A DNA stretch of 63,958 bases, the filler included, from Acidimicrobiia bacterium (lineage in GTDB: Bacteria > Actinomycetota > Acidimicrobiia > Spongiisociales > JAENVV01): NCBI GenBank assembly GCA_041577335.1. It is 5 parts of 5 records of this genome, joined end to end, with 100 filler letters (N's around TTAATTAATTAA, not from the genome) between each part and the next. Parts side by side here need not be neighbours in the genome. Positions count along the whole stretch, not along the records: positions 44,030 to 56,088 come from JBFGJH010000080.1; positions 56,189 to 63,958 come from JBFGJH010000095.1; 3 more parts are not named here. The stretch is one strand, 5' to 3'. The position numbers and the translations under genes were made by a program. The notes under the pieces are model-generated. The model saw nothing but the letters and a program-made list of their open reading frames with translations. It made no database searches and had not been told where the DNA came from. Shown piece by piece: positions 51,159 through 60,066 of the stretch; position 1 is the stretch's first letter, and each line of letters starts with the position of its first letter.

Positions 51159-52211
51159 GTGGATGACCATCGACACGATCACGCAGGCGCCGAGCGCCCC
51201 GCAACCGCCCGCTTGGGCCTCGCCAGGCTGCGGGAGCTGCTCCCCCACGACCACGACCATGCAGACTCGGCAGCCGTCGCCGATCCCGGCATGCAAGGCA
51301 TCCGAGCAACCAAAGTCTCATTGGTCGCTTTGGGGATCACCGCCTTGCTCCAGGCCGTGATCGTTTGGTTTACCGGTTCAGTTGCGCTTCTCTCGGACAC
51401 CCTTCACAACCTCACTGACGCGCTCACAGCGGTACCGCTGTGGATTGCGTTCTCGTTGGGTCGGCGTGCCCCCACCGATCGGTTCACGCATGGCTACCAC
51501 CGGGCCGAGGACCTGGCCGGCATCGTCATCGTCTTGGCGATCGCAGTCTCGGCCGGGGCGGTTGCCTGGGAATCCGTGCATAGGCTCTTCGATCCGCGCG
51601 AGATCGACTTCATCCCGTGGGTCATCGCCGCCGGTCTCATCGGTGCCCTCGGCAACGAATGGGTGGCGCGGTACCGGATCCGAGTCGGGCGCCGCATCGG
51701 GTCGGAGGCATTGATAGCCGACGGCCAGCACGCCCGCACCGACGCGTACACATCCCTGTCGGTGGTCGCCGCGGGCATCGGCGCCGCCCTGGGTTGGGAT
51801 TGGGCCGATCCGGTGGCCGGCCTCATCGTGGCCGTGATGATCCTCATGATCTTGCGGCGGACCGCCGTGAAGATGTTCGGGCGGCTCCTCGACGCCGTCG
51901 ACCCGGCGCTGGTCGGGCGGGCCATCGACATCGCCGGACAGGTTGAGGGTGTGCTTGAGGTTACGGAAATGCGGCTGCGCTTCTCCGGCCATCGGCTGCT
52001 GACCACAGCCTCGATCGGCGTCGACCCCGCTGCCTCGGTGAAGGAGGGCCACGACGTCGGCGAGCGAGTCGCCCACGAGCTGGCCCACCAACTCCCCTAC
52101 GCGCTCGACGCCGTCGTGCATGTCGACCCGGCCGGGCTGGAAGGCTGCCATGACCTCACCGACCATCACCGGGCCCGGTTGGAGGGCCTCGATCCGGCGG
52201 ACCACGAGTAG
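51159..52211 (+). CDS. Cation diffusion facilitator transporter
   Basis: His-rich N-terminus, SVALLSDTLHNLTD, HARTD, VHVDP. Confidence 0.93.
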   Translation: MDDHRHDHAGAERPATARLGLARLRELLPHDHDHADSAAVADPGMQGIRATKVSLVALGITALLQAVIVWFTGSVALLSDTLHNLTDALTAVPLWIAFSLGRRAPTDRFTHGYHRAEDLAGIVIVLAIAVSAGAVAWESVHRLFDPREIDFIPWVIAAGLIGALGNEWVARYRIRVGRRIGSEALIADGQHARTDAYTSLSVVAAGIGAALGWDWADPVAGLIVAVMILMILRRTAVKMFGRLLDAVDPALVGRAIDIAGQVEGVLEVTEMRLRFSGHRLLTTASIGVDPAASVKEGHDVGERVAHELAHQLPYALDAVVHVDPAGLEGCHDLTDHHRARLEGLDPADHE

Positions 52212-52213
52212 CC

Positions 52214-52405
52214 GTGTCTGGTTTCGCCGTGGAATTGCAGGATCTCGAGGAAACCCTGTGGGATCCTCGGACCCGCGTGGACGGTGGCGTTCACGTCGCC
52301 AACCGTTCTTCCCAGTGGCGACGCACGCCGGGCGGATGGCAACTCGAGTTCCATCAGGGCACGCCCGAGCGCATTGGCGGCGCTACGGCGATCTCGTCAG
52401 CGTGA
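52214..52405 (+). pseudogene. Internally deleted DUF4440/NTF2-like remnant
   Basis: N-terminal ELQDLEETLWDPRTR joined directly to C-terminal RSSQWRRTPGGWQLEFHQGT. Confidence 0.55.
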
Positions 52406-52457
52406 ACTTCAGCGCCGGCTGCTCGCACTTCAAGATGCTTCCATCAAGATGCTTCCG

Positions 52458-53321
52458 TCAAGATGCTGCCAGGAGCCGCCGCTCGATTGGGGACAAACCC
52501 TGGCGCACGGCCGCCAGCGGCATCACGAAGTCGGCGTTGCGCAGCCGGCCGCCGACATACCTCCCTGTCACCCGATCGGGAAGGTAGGAGGCCAGTGCCT
52601 CCGGGACCTGATCCCGGTAGGTCACCCCCACGCCTCGATCCGTGGACATTGCCGGTGATCCGAGGATCACCCAATGGTCGACTGACACCTGGGAGTCAAG
52701 GTCCGGAATGGCACCCGTGTGACAATCGATCGCCGGCGCGAACAGCCAGTCGGGATACGTCGGGCGGTACCACCACAGCATCGGCGTCGCTCGGATCCGC
52801 TCGGTGTTGTCAAAGCAGCACAACGCGACCGGCCAGCCCGGGAACGTCGTGTGGTACCAACCGAACAGCTCCGAATTGAGCTGCGGCCTCTTCCGCTCTG
52901 GGATCTGGTCGAAAGCTGCCGGGATGGCTCGGGCATCCGCAGCCAGCACAACCGTGTAGATGCCCGATTCGAAGACCTCCACGGTCGCAGCAGTCGTCGG
53001 AACGCTCTGAGCCAGGTCAGCAACCGGCACCTGCAATGCCGACACCATGTCGCGCAGGATCCGCGGGCAGTCGTCCGTGGCCAGCACGTTGGATTGGCTC
53101 ATAGTTCCCGCCACTGCCGGGAAGTGAAGAATCATGGCGTTGCCTGTCGACCCGCCGTCCCCAGTCAGCCGACGCTGCAGCCGTCGAAGAGGACCGCGGG
53201 CCACGCGGTTCTCGGCCGTGTTCTGGTACCCGGCGACATGAACGAGCTCTCCGTTCTGTCGGGCTTCCCCGGCGTACACGATGGTCTCAGCGAACCGTGC
53301 CGCTGCAACGGACACGCACAT
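52458..53321 (-). CDS. Conserved hypothetical protein
   Basis: MCVS..HVAGYQNTA..NAMILHFP..ALCCF..DCHTG; GAGGAG RBS. Confidence 0.7.
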   Translation of the reverse strand: MCVSVAAARFAETIVYAGEARQNGELVHVAGYQNTAENRVARGPLRRLQRRLTGDGGSTGNAMILHFPAVAGTMSQSNVLATDDCPRILRDMVSALQVPVADLAQSVPTTAATVEVFESGIYTVVLAADARAIPAAFDQIPERKRPQLNSELFGWYHTTFPGWPVALCCFDNTERIRATPMLWWYRPTYPDWLFAPAIDCHTGAIPDLDSQVSVDHWVILGSPAMSTDRGVGVTYRDQVPEALASYLPDRVTGRYVGGRLRNADFVMPLAAVRQGLSPIERRLLAAS

Positions 53322-53714
53322 TGAGGGCTCCTCTCGTTCATTGGAGCATAGGTTTCGGCGACAGCACAGGAGTCGAGGTGATCGGCCCTTGACGCCGAGA
53401 AGCCAGCATTCGGTTCGGGCACCAGAGCCAATCCAAGAAACGTGGATGCCGGGCTCGCTCGGATCGCCAACGAAAACAACCCCACGGGCCCCCGTCTGCC
53501 ATTCGTCCCACCCAAATTGACAAGGCCTAGCCCTACCCAACGAGCCTGGATTAGATCCACTTGTCGTCCCCAAAGGTGTAAGCGAAAGGCGCCTCGCAGC
53601 TTCGGTGGCCGAATGACGACCGGCTCGGAAGCGCGCTCGATCCGGCGGAACCGAATGTCACAGGGCGGTGTATTGATAGACAGCAGATTCTTGTCAAGCG
53701 AGAAGGGACGGGAC

Positions 53715-54311
53715 ATGCTGATGTCCGCCAACAACATCGTCGTCACCTGCCTGATCGCTCTCGCCCTGGCGCTTGTGGCAATCCCGGCTTCCGCCAAAGG
53801 ACCGGAATCCGCCGTGATCACCGGGCCGGGTCTTGACGGACCACAACAGCTGATGGAGGGAGCGTCCGAAGAAGAGCTGACTCTGCTGATGGAACAGACA
53901 GGCCTCTGGTACGGAACCGGAGACCTTCCGGCGCCGGTCGAAGAGGCGCCTGGCGATCTCGGCACGCAATACGCCATCACGTGGATTAGCTTCGGTCCAC
54001 CGGGCCTCAGCGTCGAAGATCGCACCATCGTGCAGCACCTCTTTGTTCAGTCGGACGGCAGCATGCTGATCCACACACCAGAACAGGCGTCGCTCCAGGG
54101 TTGGGGCGAAGGCGTCATCGGATGGTTCGTCGCCCCGCCGGGGCTGGCCGACACGTTGGTGAGGATGGGCCTCCCTCCACTCGAGGCTCCAACAACCCAG
54201 GCGTCGGGAGGAATAAAGGTTCTGTCTGGACTCGTCGCTGCGGTGTTCGCCGGCCTTGCCTGGGTAGTGACACGCAGGGTGCGGACCCGTCGCTCGGAGG
54301 TCTGGGCGTAG
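53715..54311 (+). CDS. Hypothetical exported protein with C-terminal membrane anchor
   Basis: Signal peptide ending PASA-KGP; C-terminal TM plus Arg-rich tail. Confidence 0.65.
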   Translation: MLMSANNIVVTCLIALALALVAIPASAKGPESAVITGPGLDGPQQLMEGASEEELTLLMEQTGLWYGTGDLPAPVEEAPGDLGTQYAITWISFGPPGLSVEDRTIVQHLFVQSDGSMLIHTPEQASLQGWGEGVIGWFVAPPGLADTLVRMGLPPLEAPTTQASGGIKVLSGLVAAVFAGLAWVVTRRVRTRRSEVWA

Positions 54312-54325
54312 GGACAACTGCGAGC

Positions 54326-54499
54326 TCAGGGCAGGTCCTCGAAACCAACCACGGAAAGGTCCTCGGGAATGCGACGCCCCAGAATTCGTGCTACCTGGGT
54401 GGCGCCGATGGCGATCTGGTCGCTGAAGCACAGCAGGTCGGGCGCGCCATCGACCTTGTCGAGGCTTCGCCGGGGGGCATCCAACCCTCGCTGGACTGT
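54326..54499 (-). pseudogene. LacI-family regulator C-terminal remnant
   Basis: LLCFSDQIAIGA..LGRRIPEDLSVVGFEDLP, no start or HTH. Confidence 0.75.
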
Positions 54500-54882
54500 C
54501 AGGCGGCGGGCTGGAGGTCGAGGGTGGCGATGCTGAGCCGGCCTCGACGGACGTCGGCGGTCGCAGGCCGGGCTTTCCCGCTCACCCACACCCTGCTCTC
54601 CGGCGTGGCTTCGAGATTCTTGAGCCATTGAGAGGTTCCGCGGAGGGTGGAGACAACCACCCGATCGCCAAAGCGGATGGATGCCAGCGGCACCTCTCGG
54701 GGAAGGCCCGATCGGCGCCCCTTGGTCTCGAGGACGACGAGCCCGCCCCCAACACGGAATGGCGAACCAAGGCCCGCTTTCACGACCGGCGTCACGACCC
54801 GGTTGACCGTTCGGAATGCGGTGCGGGTGGCGGTATCGAGGAGTGTCTCCTGCTCGTTGTGGTTCGGCATTGGCGTGTCCAT
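54499..54882 (-). CDS. Deazaflavin-dependent nitroreductase (DDN)-like protein
   Basis: LETKGRRSGLPREVPL, SQWLKNLEATP. Confidence 0.85.
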   Translation of the reverse strand: MDTPMPNHNEQETLLDTATRTAFRTVNRVVTPVVKAGLGSPFRVGGGLVVLETKGRRSGLPREVPLASIRFGDRVVVSTLRGTSQWLKNLEATPESRVWVSGKARPATADVRRGRLSIATLDLQPAA

Positions 54883-54934
54883 TCGTTCAAGGAGGCTATT
54901 CCTGCGGGAGCAACCGCAGGTTGAGATCTATAGC

Positions 54935-54960
54935 TTGACACTGTCCATTGACAATGTCAA
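54935..54960. promoter_or_regulatory. Tandem TetR operators
   Basis: TTGACA-C-TGTCCA and TTGACA-A-TGTCAA adjacent palindromes. Confidence 0.75.
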
Positions 54961-54969
54961 TCTGTAGCT

Positions 54970-55569
54970 GTGCCAAGATTTCTGACAGAATCCGACGAGA
55001 ACAAGTTCCGTCACGAGCTCTGCGATGTAGCGACGCGTCTCTTCACCGAAGGTGGGCTTGCCGCCGTGACCATGCGGAATATCGCCGACGAGTTGGGATG
55101 CAGCCGCACTACCCCCTACCGATACTTCACAGACAAGGCAGACATCATTGCCACCGTTCGGGCCGCCGGCTTCGCCCGTCTCGCCGACCGGCTCATCAGC
55201 GTCGGTGATTCGGATGACGTGATCGAACGGATCCGAGAACTCGGGCATCAGTACGTCGAGTTCGCGATTGCGGAGCCCGCCGTCTATCGGCTCATGTTCG
55301 GAATGAGCCAGCCCGACGGGGAACCGTCGCTCCTATTGGAGGCGGAAGTCGAACGCAACCGCGTGGCCGTGCGCAACGCCGCACGAGAGGCGGTGGCGGC
55401 GGGGCGGCTCCACGGCGACCCGGGAACGCTGGCGCGGTTGTACTGGGCGGGCCTCCACGGGCTCGTCGAACTCCATCTCGACGACAAGTTCAGTCCCGAT
55501 CACGACCTGGATTCGCTCACATCGGCGATGATCGACACACTGATCGCCGGGATGAGATCGCCGGCATGA
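54970..55569 (+). CDS. TetR regulator with WHG-type C-terminal domain
   Basis: VTMRNIADELGCSRTTPYRYF, YRLMF, WAGLHG. Confidence 0.92.
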   Translation: MPRFLTESDENKFRHELCDVATRLFTEGGLAAVTMRNIADELGCSRTTPYRYFTDKADIIATVRAAGFARLADRLISVGDSDDVIERIRELGHQYVEFAIAEPAVYRLMFGMSQPDGEPSLLLEAEVERNRVAVRNAAREAVAAGRLHGDPGTLARLYWAGLHGLVELHLDDKFSPDHDLDSLTSAMIDTLIAGMRSPA

Positions 55570-55609
55570 GACCCCCGGCTTCCCAACCGAAGCGGCTTTG
55601 AGTCCTACC

Positions 55610-56088
55610 TCATGGCGCAACTCGGCGGAGCACGGCGCCTACGTACGGACGCCGATCGCCTTCGGCGGACCGGCCCGGAGCGATGGCGCTGACGGTCACC
55701 ACGTCGAATTCTGGCGCGAACGCAGCGGGGAGTGAGTCGAGGTCATACCTGGAAACGGGGAGACCGGCGCACTTCTCAGGAGCTTCACTGCTGAACGTCG
55801 CCACCACCAACAGCCCTTCGGGCGCGACCGCACGCACGGCGGCCGCCCGGTAGGCGTCGCGCTGAGCCTTCGTCACGAGGAAATGGAAAACCGCCCGATC
55901 GTGCCAGAGGTCCCATGTCCGACTCGGCACAAACTCGGTCACGTCGGCATGGATCCAGGCAATCGCTGCGCCTCGCGAGCCAATCCGGCCCCGAGCACGC
56001 TCGATCGCCACCGCGCTCAGGTCAAGAACGGTCAGGTCGCCGAAGCCGAGATCGAGCAGCCGGTCGACGAGCCGGCTGTCGCCGCCAC
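55610..56088 (-). CDS. Class I SAM-dependent methyltransferase (5' part lost in gap)
   Basis: GGDSRLVDRLL..TVLDLS, DLWHDRAVFHFL, CAGLP. Confidence 0.88.
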
Positions 56089-56188
56089 NNNNNNNNNNNN
56101 NNNNNNNNNNNNNNNNNNNNNNNNNNNNNNNNTTAATTAATTAANNNNNNNNNNNNNNNNNNNNNNNNNNNNNNNNNNNNNNNNNNNN
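56089..56188. other. Artificial contig linker
   Basis: N44-TTAATTAATTAA-N44. Confidence 0.99.
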
Positions 56189-57053
56189 GGCACACGTAGA
56201 GTGCCGGGTCGAGCGGGGAGAGGCGATTGTGAATGGTGGCGAAGAGATCCTTTGCCCAAGGTTCGGTCTCGCCTCCGAGGTCGGGCCTGCCGACGCCGGT
56301 GACGAACACAGCGTCTCCGGTCATGAGAAATCGGCCCGCCACCTCCAGTGAGGTCGAGCCTGGGGTATGCCCGGGGGTTGCCACCGATCTGACGATCAGT
56401 GTGACATCGCCGAACTGGAACTCTTCGCCATCTCGAAGCGGGGCGTAATCGAAACGTGCTTGCTCGGCGTCGCCTTCAGCGATGTGATAGGTACCCGACA
56501 CGGCCTCGGCAAGGCTGAGCCCCACGGAGACGTGATCGGCGTGGAGGTGTGTGTCGAACGTGTCGGTGATGGTCGCCCCTCTGGCTTCGGCGAACCGCTG
56601 GTAGATGGCTGGGTCGACGGCCGGGTCGATGATGGCCATCGGTCCTCCTTCCATCCCAACGGCGTATGACAAGCATCCTTTGGCAAGCCGATCAAACTGA
56701 ACGACGAAATGTGTTCCGTCTTCCCACAGCGCGCGGGGGACCAGCGTTCGCGCCCATGCCTTCATACCGCCGTCCAGGTTGGCGACGTTCGGCAGGTCCA
56801 TCATCTCGGCGATCATTCCCGACGACCCTCCGTGGCCACACACGACGACGACTGGCCTTCTGGGAAGCCGGTCCGCATAGGTGTCCGTGTCCTCGAGAAC
56901 GGTCCAGTACGGGACATTGAGGACATCGAGTGGAGTCTTTCCTTCGATTCTCCACCGTTCGAATTGCTCGGTGGCGCGCACATCGAAGATGAAAGGGCTG
57001 TCGGGTCCATCGACGAGAAGCGCCAACTGGTCGGTGGTCATCGCAGTGGTCAT
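56189..57053 (-). CDS. Rhodanese + MBL-fold protein (persulfide dioxygenase/YrkH-like), 3'-truncated
   Basis: DVR..CGHGGSS..LDGGMKAW; GCLSY, DTHLHADH, TPGHT, TGD..GRPDL. Confidence 0.88.
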
Positions 57054-57073
57054 AGAGTCCTCACAAGTCAGGT

Positions 57074-57093
57074 ACATGCGAATGTGCGCATGT
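57074..57093. promoter_or_regulatory. Probable ArsR operator 1
   Basis: ACATGCG-AATGTG-CGCATGT palindrome upstream of MBL gene. Confidence 0.7.
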
Positions 57094-57144
57094 TCTGCCA
57101 GGTGAGCGTACCCGAAAAGAGGGGCCGATGCCCAATAACTACGC

Positions 57145-57450
57145 CTATGACGCGGGTTGCGACTCGTGCATGACCTCACGCATCAGGTCCATCGCCTCAA
57201 CGATCTTGTGGGACGTCAAAGAGTAGAACACCTTCTGCGCCTCCTTGCGTGTCGTTACGAGGCCTTTGTCACGGAGGATGGCGAGGTGCTGGGAGACGTT
57301 CGCCTGCGTGATACCGAGGTCGTCGGTGAGATCGGAGACGCTTCGCTCACCGTCCCGTAGGGCGTCGATGAGCAGCAGGCGCTTTGGGTCGCCGAGGCCC
57401 TTGCAGACGTTGGCATGCAGGAGAACCATCTCGTCACTGATCGCTGACAT
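57145..57450 (-). CDS. ArsR/SmtB-family transcriptional regulator
   Basis: KGLGDPKRL, VSQHLAILRDKGLV, VFYSL; GAGGAG RBS. Confidence 0.93.
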   Translation of the reverse strand: MSAISDEMVLLHANVCKGLGDPKRLLLIDALRDGERSVSDLTDDLGITQANVSQHLAILRDKGLVTTRKEAQKVFYSLTSHKIVEAMDLMREVMHESQPAS

Positions 57451-57498
57451 CTCCTCACTATATGCGAGAGGGCGACGAGAGTCCCAAACCTGTGCCGC

Positions 57499-57551
57499 TT
57501 GACAGGCACACCGGAACGCATGAAGATGCGAATGTTCGCATATGCGAATAT
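57499..57551 (+). promoter_or_regulatory. Promoter with probable ArsR operator 2
   Basis: TTGACA 57499-504; ATGCGAA-TG-TTCGCAT 57526-41 overlapping TTCGCATATGCGAA 57535-48. Confidence 0.75.
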
Positions 57552-57570
57552 GCCCTTGGAGGAGGAGCAC

Positions 57571-58104
57571 GTGACGGTTACGAATGTTGAGCAAGCTGCC
57601 GAGCTGATCGAACAGTCGGAGACTCCCGAGAAAGAGAAGATGGTGTTGATCGCCGCTTCGGGCGATCTCGACAAGGCATGGCCGGTGATGATCCTGGCGA
57701 CGACCGGCGCTGCCTACGGCATGGACGTGACGATCTTCTTCACGTTCTGGGGCCTGAGCATTCTCAAGCGCCCCGGTGCTGGGCTGACTGGTGACGACTG
57801 GCGTCAGAAGGGCCTGTCGATGTTCAACCGCGGCGCCCCCGACGGCCTGCAGCTGTCGAAGCTCAACTTCGGTGGGTTCGGCACCAAATTCATGAAGGAT
57901 CTCGCCGACGAGAAGAAGGTGGCATCGGTCCAAGAGCTCCTCGAACTTGCTCAGCAAATGGGTGTAAAACTGTGGCCTTGCCAGATGACGATGGATTTGA
58001 TGGGCTTCGACCGATCGGACATGATCGATGGTCTGGACGAACCGGCCGGTGCGGGATCCGCCATCAGTCTCATGAAGGACGCATCCATCAGCCTGTTCAT
58101 CTAA
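57571..58104 (+). CDS. DsrE/DsrF/DrsH-like (DsrE2/YrkE-type) sulfur carrier
   Basis: SGDLDKA, IFFTFWGL, LSKLNFGGFG, CQMTMDLMG, SLFI; GGAGG RBS. Confidence 0.92.
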   Translation: MTVTNVEQAAELIEQSETPEKEKMVLIAASGDLDKAWPVMILATTGAAYGMDVTIFFTFWGLSILKRPGAGLTGDDWRQKGLSMFNRGAPDGLQLSKLNFGGFGTKFMKDLADEKKVASVQELLELAQQMGVKLWPCQMTMDLMGFDRSDMIDGLDEPAGAGSAISLMKDASISLFI

Positions 58105-58114
58105 GGAGGACGCC

Positions 58115-58339
58115 ATGTCAGACAAAGTGATCGACGCCCGCAATCTGCAGTGCCCAATGCCGGTGATCAAGACCGCCCAGGGCATCGTCGAGCTCCAGTC
58201 AGGTCAGACACTCGAGGTCATCGCCACCGACGGCGGCGCGCTCTCGGATATCCCGTCGTGGGTCAAGGACATGGGCCATACCCTCAAGGAGCAGTTCTCC
58301 GAGGGTGCGGACCATCATTTCTTGATCGTCAAGGCTTAG
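58115..58339 (+). CDS. tusA: TusA-family sulfurtransferase
   Basis: IDARNLQCPMP, LEVIATD..DIPSW; AAGGAGG RBS. Confidence 0.93.
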   Translation: MSDKVIDARNLQCPMPVIKTAQGIVELQSGQTLEVIATDGGALSDIPSWVKDMGHTLKEQFSEGADHHFLIVKA

Positions 58340-58499
58340 CCGGCTCAATGCGATCAGCCGGGGAGGCGACACGTAGCGTCGCGTATGAAGATGCTGAACG
58401 GTATCCCCATTCCAATCGGTGCTCTCGGGATGAACACGCCGCTTGTGTCCATCGTGACAGAATGGCGCCGATGGCCTTTGCGAGAGTGACGACCTAGCG

Positions 58500-60056
58500 G
58501 TGCAATACGGATTCGTCATCGACCAACACAAGTGCATTGGCTGCCACGCCTGCACCGTGGCGTGCAAGACCGAGCATGATGTGCCGCTCGGAGTGAATCG
58601 CACCTGGGTCAAATACATCGAGAAGGGTGGCTGGCCGGACACGAAGCGGTTCTTCTCGGTGATGAGATGCAACCATTGCTCCAATGCGCCGTGTGTTGGG
58701 ATATGTCCCACGTCGGCGCTCTTCATTCGGAAAGATGGCATTGTCGATTTCGACACAAGCCGTTGTATCGGCTGCAAGTCGTGCATGCAGGCATGTCCGT
58801 ACGATGCTCTCTATATCGACCCCCAGGAGCACACCGCCCAGAAGTGCAACTACTGCAGCCACCGCGTCGAGATAGGGCTCGAGCCGGCGTGCGTGGTGGT
58901 CTGTCCGGAGCAGGCCATCGTTGCCGGCGATTTGCACGATCCAACAACGAAGATCGCCCAGCTCGTCAAAACCGAAAAGACCTCGCAGCGGTCGGTTGAG
59001 CAAGGCACCAGCCCCAATCTCTATTACATGGGTGCCGACGAATCCTCCCTCGATCCGACGTCGACGGCGGCCTTCCAGGGCGGCGGCATCTGGAGAGATG
59101 ATGCCGGGTCGTTCCTTGCCGTCGATCTTTCCCACGACAAAGGCGACCACGGTCCATCTGTTGAATCATCGAATGGTGCTCCCCCGCGAGTGGTGTACAA
59201 CACGGACCATCCCATGCCATGGGGATGGAGGGTTTCGAGCTATTTCTTGACGAAGGGGATCGCCGCGGGGCTGATGATGGCCGCGCTGATGGCAGTTCTG
59301 TTCGGTGCCGGTATCGACAACGCGTGGTTGCGCTGGGGGGTGCCGTTCTTCGGCGCCGGCTTCTTGGCCATCACCGGAGCACTGTTGGTCTGGGACCTCA
59401 AACGGCCCGAGCGGTTCTACTACCTGTTCACCAAGGGAAACTGGAACTCCTGGTTGGTCAAGGGCGCATATGTCATCGGCCTGAACGGTGCCCTGCTCGC
59501 TCTCTGGTTCCTCGCTGGGCTCCTCGAGGCCGACGGGCTCATCCGAGGGCTCGTTTGGATCGGCCTTCCGCTGGCGATCGGGCTTGCCGGCTACACCGCG
59601 TTTCTCTTTGGCCAGGCTGAGGCGCGCGACTTGTGGCAGAGCCCCTTGCTCCTGTGGCACATGGTGGCCGGCGCTCTCGCCGTCGGCGGCGGGTTCTCGC
59701 TGATCGCTGCGCTCATCTTCGAGGTCTCCGACGAGGCGGTGACCGGGTTCACGTGGGCCATGGTGATCGGCTCGGGCCTGCTGGGAGCGTTTGCCATGGG
59801 GGAGCTCGTGTCGCGGCACCCCACCCGAAACATCGCAGCGGCCGTCCATCACATGACCAGGGGCGCCTACCGCAATGAATGGTGGCTGGGTGGCATCGTG
59901 GTTGGCGTGGTCATTCCCCTGGCGACGGGGATTGCCGGCCTCAATGATGTTGGTGGGCCATGGGTTGGTGCGCTCGGTGGGCTGAGCGCCTGCCTCGGTA
60001 TCTGGTTCGCCGATGATGCAATGGTCAAAGCCGGCCAGTCGGTTCCCCTGTCGTGA
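58500..60056 (+). CDS. 4x[4Fe-4S] subunit fused to NrfD/PsrC-type membrane anchor
   Basis: CIGCHAC, CNHC..PC..CP, CIGCKSC..CPY, KCNYC..PAC..CP; then PWG, DLKRPERF and about eight TM helices. Confidence 0.92.
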   Translation: MQYGFVIDQHKCIGCHACTVACKTEHDVPLGVNRTWVKYIEKGGWPDTKRFFSVMRCNHCSNAPCVGICPTSALFIRKDGIVDFDTSRCIGCKSCMQACPYDALYIDPQEHTAQKCNYCSHRVEIGLEPACVVVCPEQAIVAGDLHDPTTKIAQLVKTEKTSQRSVEQGTSPNLYYMGADESSLDPTSTAAFQGGGIWRDDAGSFLAVDLSHDKGDHGPSVESSNGAPPRVVYNTDHPMPWGWRVSSYFLTKGIAAGLMMAALMAVLFGAGIDNAWLRWGVPFFGAGFLAITGALLVWDLKRPERFYYLFTKGNWNSWLVKGAYVIGLNGALLALWFLAGLLEADGLIRGLVWIGLPLAIGLAGYTAFLFGQAEARDLWQSPLLLWHMVAGALAVGGGFSLIAALIFEVSDEAVTGFTWAMVIGSGLLGAFAMGELVSRHPTRNIAAAVHHMTRGAYRNEWWLGGIVVGVVIPLATGIAGLNDVGGPWVGALGGLSACLGIWFADDAMVKAGQSVPLS

Positions 60057-60066
60057 GAGGTTGCGC

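Noticed and set aside
53322..53714. Riboswitch (c-di-AMP-like GTAGGG and CCCGAACC words on the minus strand)
   Set aside because: Motif spacing and remaining consensus do not fit; would need an Infernal hit
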